The position numbers and the translations under genes were made by a program. A stretch of 64,000 bases of DNA, from the NCBI RefSeq assembly GCF_006345805.1, contig NC_043011.1, positions 28,160,464 through 28,224,463 on the forward strand, read 5' to 3'. The stretch is from Octopus sinensis. Taxonomy: Eukaryota. Shown here piece by piece: positions 53,434-64,000 of this stretch. The notes beneath the pieces are model-generated. The model worked only from the letters and a program-made list of their open reading frames with translations. It made no database searches and was not told the origin of the DNA. Each line of letters begins with the position of its first letter. Positions within the stretch are counted from its first letter, which is position 1.

Positions 53434-53564
53434 CGGTTTTTTTGACTATTTATTAAATTTATGTATTGATTAAGTCTTTCCTTGTTTGTTTTGCAAAATA
53501 GTGGTTTTGTCTCGAATAATATTTTATATATATATATATATATTATATATATAAATGTATATTA

Positions 53565-53612
<48 letters not shown>

Positions 53613-53724
53613 AGATACATATATAAATGTATATATGTTATATATATACATATATATATACTGATATATATATATATAAGTATATGTATATATATATGTA
53701 TATGTATATATATATGTATATGTG

Positions 53725-53755
<31 letters not shown>

Positions 53756-53841
53756 ATGTATGTAGATGTAAATAATTTAGAGAAAAACCTCTATTAAACA
53801 ATTCAATAAAGAAATGTTATTCACACCATATAGAAAACATG

Positions 53842-53936
53842 TACTATAAACAAAGCTTTATTCTAAAAATCAATAAAGTACTATTTACTATTTATTGTAC
53901 TTTATTGATTTTTAGAATAAGGTTTTGTTTATAGTA
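53842..53936. repeat. AT-rich inverted repeat (degenerate extension to about 53775-53977)
   Basis: TACTATAAACAAAGCTTTATTCTAAAAATCAATAAAGTAC / GTACTTTATTGATTTTTAGAATAAGGTTTTGTTTATAGTA. Confidence 0.85.
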
Positions 53937-54409
53937 TTTGTTTTGTATATGTTGTCAATAGGTTTTTCTTTGAATTATATACATATATTATATATTGTGA
54001 AATTTGATTTAAAATTGTTAAATTGGATTCTTTTCTGTAGTTTTGGAAATATATTCCCTACTGTATATATATATATATATATATATAATGTGTGTGTGGT
54101 GTGTGTGGGATTATATATATATAACATATATATATATATATATTATATATATATATATTATATATAATATATATGTGTGTGTGTTGGTTGTGGTATGTGT
54201 ATATATATATATAATATATAGACTATTATATATATATTATATATTATATATATATATATATCTATATATATATATATATATATAATATATATATATAAAT
54301 ATATGTATGTATGCATGCATGTACTTATGAATGTATATGAGCCGAAATCACAAATCTAGTGGATGCGTATCTTTTAAGGTGCCAAAATAGGGAAATCCCT
54401 GAATTACAG

Positions 54410-54760
54410 GGAGGTCTATATAGGGATGATGCTCTATTCAACATCCCTAGCAACAATAAATCAATCAATCATAGAAAGAATGAGAAAGAGAATTAGAAAA
54501 TTTTTCAAAAACTTTTACTTAAGTATAACTTATGAATATGGCACTAAAATAGTAAATTTTGGGGATACTACTTTAAACATTAACTCGAAATTATACTACC
54601 CCTATAGGAAAGAAGGTGAGGTTACAAGATATGTGAATAAATTATCAAATCACCCCGCTAATATATTAAAATCGGTAATTAAAAGTATTTCTAAGAGAAT
54701 TACTAAATTATCATCAAACATTGATGTTTTTAATTCTCATTCTTACCACTCATAATACTA
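54410..54760 (+). pseudogene. Penelope-like RT fragment
   Basis: GGLYRDDA at 54410-54433, then (frameshift) KIVNFGDTTLNINSKLYYPYRK..YVNKLSNHPANILKS. Confidence 0.8.
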
Positions 54761-54905
54761 AAATTATTATACATTTTCTATAAATATTTGCTATTGAAGT
54801 TAATAAGGTATGAATATTTTATTATGGTGTTAAGTGATTAGGCTGTTTTTATTCTTTTTCTATGATACTCTACCCTAACTGATTATTATTATTATTATTA
54901 TGATC

Positions 54906-54952
<47 letters not shown>

Positions 54953-54968
54953 TATCATTATTATCATA

Positions 54969-55004
<36 letters not shown>

Positions 55005-55006
55005 CA

Positions 55007-55431
55007 TTCAGTAGTTTTATTTTTATAGTGTGCTTTCACTTCACTACCGAGCGCAGCTCTGTGTGCCTTGGGTATGTGCTGTGATTTGTTGTAATGCTCT
55101 GATGGTTATTGTATTATTAGATTCCACATTCTGGTTACCTCTATTTCCAGGTCTTTCTATTTTGAAAGTTTCTCCATTTCTTTTAGAGACACGTTGTCAT
55201 CTGCCGGTATTGATACATCAATTAGAATGCATTTTTTTCTTCATGATCTCTGACAACTATATCTGGTCTGTTGGCCTTAATTTCTCTATCTGTGTGCATC
55301 GGCGTATCCCAGAGTATGGTTGCTTTCTCGTTTTCTGTGACCTTTTCTGGTGTGTACCTATACCACTTTTTTCTGTTGTTATTCCATAATGTTGGCATAG
55401 CTTCCAGTGTATGTAGGTTACAACTCTGTCA
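55007..55431 (-). mobile_element. 3' fragment of RLE-type LINE flanked by (TTA)n
   Basis: Shared 3'UTR with the 11.7k and 29.8k copies; TTA arrays on both sides. Confidence 0.85.
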
Positions 55432-57308
55432 TATTATTATTATTATTATTATTGTTATCATTATTATTATTATTATTATTGTTGTTGTTGTTGTTATCAT
55501 TATTATTATTATTACTATTATTATCATTATTATTATTATTTTATAGTAGCCTTAAATAAATCTAATCTTTGTATCCCTATTAATTCGTACTCAGCTTATA
55601 TAAGGTAAAACCTGTACCTCGACAACTTAAAATAGTTCAATTTAATTAAATCAGTATATAGTTGACATGTTCTTTAACCTCAGTTGCTCCCTTATTAAAT
55701 ACCAGTTAAATCCAATTGATCAATCTTCATAGAAACCATATTATAACTTAATATTTATATAAGTAATAAGTAAATATATATTAAACTATTTCTTTGCAAT
55801 TTTATTTTCCTCCTTCTATTGTGGTAAAAATTTGGTATATACTCAAAATATTCAAAAAAGTTTTATCATCTTGTTAAAATTACATTCTTAATCATCTCCT
55901 TGATTACCCTAAATTTTAACTTTATACAATAAGACACAGTTGTTTGAAATGATCTTTAAAAATTACTTGATTTATCTCTTTCCTAAATGGCTCTACCCTC
56001 CTGATCTTAGTATCTATAAGGGCCTTTATATAAATAACCCTTCTAAACAAGTACCACTAAAAAACAATAACTATGATGTAGGGAGTAACAATAATAACTT
56101 CTTAAACCTATAATATAACGCTTAGTGTTTAAAAATAGATTAGTGTAAAATATCATTGTTCCATAACATAAATATTCCTTTAGCCGATACCAAACATCAG
56201 TCTTTTGTTGATAATAGCTAAATAAGTAAATATATAATTTTTTGTTTAATATATTTTGAATTATGATGCTTTTTCTAAAATTCTTCTCTACTGGTGTTAA
56301 TAAGCTACATATACTTTACCACACTATTAGTAATTAAGCTATTTTATTCCTTTTCTATGGTGTTCTGCCTTAATTGATTATTTCATTTTTTTTATTTATT
56401 ATTTTATAATCAGCTTATATTTATTTATAAAGTTAATGTAATTTCTGTATCTCTATAAATTCATACTTAGCTTATATAGAACTATATTGGTATATTCACT
56501 ACTTATAAAAAACTGCTTAGATTATAATTTTATTAATCTATCATTAGCATGTTCCTTTACCTCAATATTCCTTTATTAATACAAGTATATACCAATTAAT
56601 CAATATTCAGAGATACCATTTGATGAGTTATTATTTAAGTGTACAATATGTATAAATATCAAACTATTTCTGGATTGTTTCTTTTCTTTTCCTCCTACTA
56701 TTGTGGTACAAGTTTAGTATATACTGAAAGGTGTTCATAAATTTCTATCCTGTTATTATAATATTCTTTTTAATAATCCTCTGAATAACCCTAAACTTTA
56801 ACTGTATACAATATAGCAACATTGTTTAAAATATCTAACTATAGTACTACATAATAAGACTTCCCCTGCTTTATTATCAATGGTCTGCTAGTGGGAGACT
56901 CCTTAATTGTCAGCTAGATCTTGTTTTAAGTTTTCATTCACCAAACCTCATGATATTGCTTCTAATAAATCTTGATTTTTACGACTATACTATGATGTCT
57001 TGATTTTTATGACTATACTATGATGTCTGTCTGCTCCCTTAGCCCCATCCCTAACAGATACTGCCCTCTGTTCTCTTAGCCTTAGATATACAAGGTAATT
57101 GATAAACTAGTCTATAAATTAAAACTGACCCCATAAAAACAAAATCAGTGACAGGCTGGGGCTGGAACAATGTATATCTTCTTGAAAACTTAGTAACTTC
57201 TATGCTGGAGTGAGTCTGCATGTTCTTTGTCTATCTCCTTAACTTCTTGGAGATTTTAGATATAATTATACTAATGTGTCCATCTGTTCTAATTTAATTA
57301 AATTCTAT

Positions 57309-57393
57309 GCAGCTGCAGATTGCTGTGCATTTTAAATTGATGTAATGATTACATTTTTCAATTAAATGGAGTTACATGAAACGATCGTACTGC
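57309..57393 (+). ncRNA. Hammerhead motif (helix I intact, core mutated); paralog of 24135-24220
   Basis: GCAG-CTGCAGA-TTGCT...GAAAC-GATC-GTA-CTGC. Confidence 0.5.
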
Positions 57394-57425
57394 ATTACTT
57401 CTGGATATCCTTGTTGCTTAGTTTG

Positions 57426-57495
<70 letters not shown>

Positions 57496-58284
57496 AATGC
57501 TGCGGTGAGCGTGTGCATATAAATATCCATTTATTTACATGATTTCTCTATGCTTTCCAGCGTTTCGCAATTCTAAGTTTTCATAGTCATTACACTGTTG
57601 TTGACATACGGCATACACTTCCTACTTTATATGTTCAAATAACATTTCTGATATTACATTTTGTAACCAATTTGCTATAAAATCAGCAGGTATTAATTGT
57701 GCTCTTCAAATAAAAGTCGCTTTTTATTGCCGTCTTTACCTTTTTTTTTTCATATTTTTATTGATCTGCTCGTCCTTTGAAACGGCTACAAATATATTAT
57801 AAGATATATTTATATAAACATGCATGGATATATTACATGTCTGTAATATTTTACATACATATTTATGTTTATATATCCCATAACGCGCACACAAAGACAC
57901 ACACACATGCATATATATTGTGTGCGTGTGAGAGTGTGTAAGCGTGAGGGTTTGTGTGTGGGGTGCTGTATATGTGTGCATGTGTTTGTGCGTGTGGGTG
58001 CGTGTTTGTTTGTTTGTTTGTTTGTGTGTGTGTGTGTGTGTGTGTGTTTGTGTGTGTGTTTGTGTAAGTATGTGTGTCTGCGTGCATGCGCGTGTGTGTT
58101 CCAACATATATTTCTTTATTGCCCATAAGGGGCTAAACACAGAGGGGACAAAGAAGGACAGACAAAGGGATTAAGTCGATTAGATCTACCCCAGAGCATT
58201 CCTTCAACGTCAAATCACAAGAATTGAAAGCACGACTAGAAATTCAGAATAGAGATTCATGTCAGACCACCGATTCTATAATAA

Positions 58285-58445
58285 ATATACATTTCTACTC
58301 TAGGCACAAGGCCCGAAATTTTGGGAGAGGGGCGCTAATCGATCGGCACCAGTACGCAACTGGTAATTAATTTATCGACCCCAAAAGGATGAAAAGTAAA
58401 GTCGACTTCGGCGGAATTTGAACTCAGAACGTAAATACCGACGAG
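58285..58445 (-). mobile_element. SINE family D (alternative-tail subfamily)
   Basis: TAGGCACAAGGCCCGAAATTTTGGG..TTATCGACCCCAAAAGGATGAAAAG..AATTTGAACTCAGAACGTAA. Confidence 0.8.
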
Positions 58446-58819
58446 ATTCTATAATAAATATAGATAAATAGAGATCAGTGAAAATTAGCATGCAGATGGG
58501 ATCGTGCAGTGAATCAATTTAAATTCCCTGTCATAGTAATCTATGCAAAGCTAAAAGACTTGCAGAGCAATATTTAAGGTTGATGACCTTATTACGCTTA
58601 TTACCTTATTACGCTCAAATAGTGAAGAATATACGTATTGGCAACGTTATTTACACAGCATGTGATAGTCACAACAGCCATAAGATACAAATGTCATCAT
58701 ATACTTGTTACATTATAATTAATACAGAAACTGGTACTGCAAAACTGCTGGAAACCATGGAGTAAAGATAGGATAAATGCTTCCCTTTCATTTATGCATA
58801 TATACATCTAATTGAGTAG

Positions 58820-58854
<35 letters not shown>

Positions 58855-60111
58855 TGTTAATAAAATAAAACATATGCATATATATAAACATATATGTACG
58901 TACCTACCTCTACATGTACATATACACGCATATATGTGTACAGGACACCAAAAAGACGTCGAACACATAGAGAGACGAAAAACATAGACACAAACCAAGG
59001 AACAAGACAAGCAAAAAAAAGAGATACAGGACAATAAGCACAACGAAAAATCCCCTTCTTCAGTCGCTAAGGTTTCATCTACTAAACGTTTCGAAGGATA
59101 AAAGCGAGACGTATACTTCGAAGAAAACTTCCTTCCTGCGAAAAGCAAATCAATTAAAATTCTGAGATCTTTTCGCAGAGGGGTAAAAAAAGCAAGACGG
59201 TAACGACAATACAAACATATAAACAGTAAAAAATATATATATAAACAGTGGAAAAATAAATATATAACAGTGAGAGACAGGACAAGGAGAACAAGATAAA
59301 TATATATATGTGTGTGTGTGTGTGGTGTGTGTATGTGTGTCTGTGCGCGCACATATATGTGTGGGTGAATACATATATATGTGGGTGCGTTGGTTTGTAT
59401 ATATGTATATGTATATGCACATGTATATAGGCAAATATAATATGAAAGTAAACAGACATATAGACAGTACACCGTCGCAAAAACCCAAACACATAAAAAC
59501 ATACAAACACGAACACACAAACATGAATATGTAAACGTACACACATACATATATACATAAGCACACACATGCATACACGCATACACTCATGCATGTATAC
59601 CCAAATACATATATACATACATGCATACAAGTATATGCTCACACACACTGACCCACACACATGCCCACAAACAGACAAAAAGCGCAGCTTAGATTACGGA
59701 CAGTGTCAATAACTATTGAAAAGGTTGCGTGACGCAAAGAAAATTTTAGAAAATTAAGTAAATGAGAGGACATTCTACCCGTGAGTGTCTTAAATTATAA
59801 GGCACTAAGTGACAATGACTTTCCTCAGACACAACAGAATATCTTTCGACACGAACTCACGTAAAGAATCTTGCAAGCCAAATCCAAAACTATATATATA
59901 TATAAAATTAAGGAGAGGAGAAAACAAATTCAGAGGCCGACGTTTATATTCGCTCAATCCATATTAGCGAAATTCTCCATGTATACAAAGTGCATACATA
60001 GATGCATTCATTTATATGATATATAAAAAAAAATTCTACTAGCCTTACTGGGAACTATTTCTACTGCCACTATAGTGGCTTCCAGAATTAGAGAGAGAGA
60101 AAGAGAGAGAG

Positions 60112-60154
<43 letters not shown>

Positions 60155-61006
60155 AAGAGAAATAATAAGAGGGAGAGGGAGACAGTGACAGAGCGCAAGA
60201 AAGAGAGAGAGGAAGAGAAATAATAAGAGGGAGAGAGCGACAGAGACAGAGCGCAAGAAAGAAAGAGAGAGAGAGAGAGATTTAGGGGAACGACAGTTTA
60301 CTGAGATAGAGCAAAGGATGAGGATTCCCTTTAAGAAATCCTTAGGGTTCATAATTTTTTCTTTATATAATGAGGGGTCTTTTTTTATTCTTGTGAGTGA
60401 GAGAGCGTATGAAATAATATTTCCATATAATTCATTTTCTCGGTGTTCTAGCCTGTTGTAGATAGCGCCATTTCGACCTTATTCTAGGTACAAGGTAACT
60501 TGAGATCATGAAATTATCTGGTCTTCATTCATTTGAAGCCCTTAGGGATTATATACGATCGATGATCTTTTTTTTGCATTATTTTTTTTTAACTTTCTTA
60601 ACAGTGGAGGAAAGGAGTGGAGAGATAGAACCAGGGAAATGAAAGCATCAGAATCATTTAAGTTTAAAATTAACATTATACTTAATTATTTTCGATATTT
60701 TCTATTTTCTTTATTTTAACTGTATTCGAAAGACGAAGAAGGGAAAGAAATTTAACGAACCAGAAGAAGAAAAGTCTCTTACGTGTTATGCTTTCATATA
60801 TATCTATTAACAACATGATCTATTTGCTCAGTGAGGGTAAATTTATATCAGCTGCTTTGTAAATGGAGGAAGTATTTTTTGTTCTTGAACGAGATACTTT
60901 GCGGTACCTTTTCTTGCCATACTAGCACACACACACGCACACAAAAAACACACACTCACGCATTCACTCACGTACACAGATTTTAATGTGGTTGTGTGTG
61001 TTTATG

Positions 61007-61058
<52 letters not shown>

Positions 61059-61307
61059 CATAATATATAACTATGTTATATACATACACACATACATGTA
61101 AATATTATATATATATTGATATATATATATACATATATATATACATATATATATATATATACACATATCAAATACACATATATATGTATATATATATATA
61201 TATATAAATATATATATATATGTATATTTTTTTGTTTGTTTGTTTCAGCTCAGAGCTGCGGCCATGCTGATGCACCGCCGTTTATATATAAATATATATA
61301 TATATAC

Positions 61308-61352
<45 letters not shown>

Positions 61353-61367
61353 TATATACATATATAC

Positions 61368-61398
<31 letters not shown>

Positions 61399-61421
61399 CA
61401 TAAATATATATACATATATAC

Positions 61422-61479
<58 letters not shown>

Positions 61480-61507
61480 TATATATATATATATTATATA
61501 TATATAT

Positions 61508-61542
<35 letters not shown>

Positions 61543-62233
61543 ATGTTTCTTAATATAACCTGCATGCAAAGCATAACTCCGAAAGAACACCGTGAGTACA
61601 AATTAATTATAATTAACGTCGATTATGAAGCTTAAATACTGTTAGTATATCGGAAAATACTGTTTATCATATTCTGTTGCCCGAAAAAGGCATTAATAGA
61701 GAAGAAATTGATACAATTACTTTAAGTGCCAATTCACAATTTTTATAGGAAATAATGAGCAATTTTCGAAAATTAACATGTAGTGGAGTGTAATCAGAAA
61801 GGGAGATAAATTTTAATGTAAGATTCTTAAACAAAATGTGGGGGGAAAAATCAGATCTCTGCTTCTAAATAGCTAATGAAGTAATCTGAAAATGCTTGAA
61901 TAAAGCTTGAAATAATATCTTAATACATCACAATTAATGTACATAATCAAGAAAATTTTGAGCGAACAGCACCAAAAAATATAATCGATTGTTTCAAACT
62001 GTTTTAACTTCTTGATATTGTTTCCCGACATTATCTTTGATAATTAGACCTGTATTCGAATTTACACTCCTAAAACCTATTTGCCGGAATTAGCCTGTGC
62101 TAAAGTCAATTCATAAAATCCATGAGTAAATGTATATCACGGTGGATTCCTCTGCTTCTAGGTATGGAATAATCCAATGTATCCATCGATCGACCTTCTC
62201 GGGAGAGAAATAATAATAATAATAATAATAATA

Positions 62234-62283
<50 letters not shown>

Positions 62284-62304
62284 TAATAATAATAATAATA
62301 ATAA

Positions 62305-62450
62305 TAATTTTGGCCCAAGGTCTGCTAGTTCGGGGAATGAACTTAGTTGATTACATGGATTTTAGCGCTCGACTGGTACTTATGTTATCGACCACGAAAG
62401 TATATAAGGCAAATTTGACCCCGGCGCACTTCGAACTCAGAACGCAAAGC
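62305..62450 (-). mobile_element. Old SINE family D copy ending in a (TTA)n array
   Basis: TTTTGGCCCAAGG..GACTGGTACTTATGTTATCGACC..TCGAACTCAGAACG. Confidence 0.6.
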
Positions 62451-62530
62451 ATTTTGTACAATTATAAAACCAAACCCTCACAGTAATTGAGATTGAGCAA
62501 AGAAAAAAGAACATCGAACTGCACCTAAAA

Positions 62531-63250
62531 CTATCTCATGAAAAAGAAATTTCGCTGGGAGAACAACGCGTTGTGTAAAATATAGAATTTATATCTAAGT
62601 TTTATAATTCTTGGATTCCAGGTTACATGTGTAAATGCTTTTAAATGTGACTTAGTTTTTAGTAATGATCGTTGTGGTATTGTAAGATGCGTGGTTTGAT
62701 TTTGGCTGGTATCGCTTGTACGAATTGTGCATTTTGTGCTTGGAAAATGGCTGAAGCTACAGTCATTGCGTAAGCATAGTATCTCGCGTTGAGAATAGCG
62801 GCATATTTTAGGGTTTCGTGTGTTCATGATTTTACTTTATTTGCAGTTGGCAAGTTTATCATGGCGCTGTGAGGTTATACATTCAGATTGAAGTGGGTAG
62901 TTGGGGGGGAAAGAAGAAGAAAGGAGTGGTTCTTCACTAACTGGAGTAGTGGCAGTGGTAATGGTAGTAGCAGTAGAATGGGATGACAATGGTGATGATG
63001 GATCTCTTTTGTTATTCTGAAGAGAATTTGAGTGACTTCACTGGGGAGAGGCTATGGAGACTGTATTGTTTAACAGGTCATCAATTGTTCTAGCATTGAA
63101 GATTGACTGCTAATGCCGGTCATGTTGTTGCTATTGTCTAGTTGTGGTAATGGTAATAGCAGTAGAACATAATGACAATGATGATGATGATGATGGGTAA
63201 CTTGTGGTACTTCGAGAAAATGAGAAAGCGGATAACTACGCAGGGAGACT
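62531..63250 (-). pseudogene. Possible decayed LINE ORF1 (Ser/Thr-rich plus CCCH finger) running into an APE-like start
   Basis: C-RYSQREIL-C-LRND-C-SFS-H, followed in frame by HVTWNPRII; upstream S/T-rich frame with stops. Confidence 0.35.
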
Positions 63251-63381
63251 TTCTTGATTATGGAGTTTAATATTTCATTAATTTTGCTAGTATCGAGGAG
63301 TGGCCTTGTTTTTTTTTGTTTCTTTGTTGTTGTTGTAAAATTGCTGTTACACACACACATACATATATATATTTATGTATG

Positions 63382-63472
<91 letters not shown>

Positions 63473-63861
63473 ATGTGTGTGTGTGTGTGTGTATGTATAG
63501 AGAGAGATTAGGAATGGAAACAAAATAATAAATTGAATAATTGAATCAATATATGATAAATTCAATCCAATTTTATTATTTCTATATAAACAAATGACAA
63601 ATCAAGTTACGGCTGTTTCTACCGCATTAACTAGGCTTTCTTTATGATTAAAAATTACCTTTAATAAAAAATATAATGAAGTTCCTTCAGACAGATATAT
63701 ATTCTTAAAATATTATTTTCTTTAAGTATAAATGCATTTAACACGTTATATTAAGAGCGAGCTTAATAATAAATAAGCTAAAATTTCATAAATTCATAAA
63801 TTCAAGTCTACTGGTATCCAGTTCTATGAAGCGATTCTGTTATATAATACCCACACATACA

Positions 63862-63897
<36 letters not shown>

Positions 63898-63936
63898 TAT
63901 ATGTATGTATATATATATATATATAATATATATATA

Positions 63937-63990
<54 letters not shown>

Positions 63991-64000
63991 ATATTTCGGA

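Larger units (their letters stand above)
53200..53529. repeat. Near-perfect fold-back palindrome of about 330 bp (10-nt loop at 53360-53369)
   Basis: Arms complementary apart from one indel. Confidence 0.97.

Noticed and set aside
59050-59100. Minus-strand GAAAC-GTTTA-GTA ... CTGAAGA-AGGGG
   Set aside because: Permuted order with no helix I pairing; too weak to call an HHR
60060-60510. GA-rich tract plus AAG|GTAACT donor-like site (60494/5) and TGAGATCAT (bantam-seed-like)
   Set aside because: No supporting ORF, acceptor or pre-miRNA hairpin; could be chance

Overview
AT-rich eukaryotic non-coding DNA (intronic or intergenic). The SINE families and extreme microsatellite load are most consistent with a cephalopod (Octopus-like) genome; this rests on recognising repeat families, not on a search. 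No intact host gene was found, and most track ORFs are translations of microsatellites. The window holds: (i) four tRNA-headed SINE families; (ii) several 5'-truncated RLE-type (R4/Dong-like) LINEs set in (TAA)n arrays; (iii) Penelope-like element (PLE) fragments (RT with YRDD, GIY-YIG); (iv) Tc1/mariner remnants; (v) a non-autonomous Helitron; (vi) many fold-back palindromes. The main signal is a dispersed set of minimal type-I hammerhead ribozyme (HHR) motifs: CUGANGA, helix II, GAAAC, a self-complementary helix III, GUH, helix I. One pair at 53.3-53.4 kb looks intact. Wherever an HHR lies in a palindrome or inverted repeat, it reads outward from the centre. A second pattern is SINE-into-SINE fusion at one fixed internal junction at three loci. 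All structures were paired by eye; no folding or database search was run.
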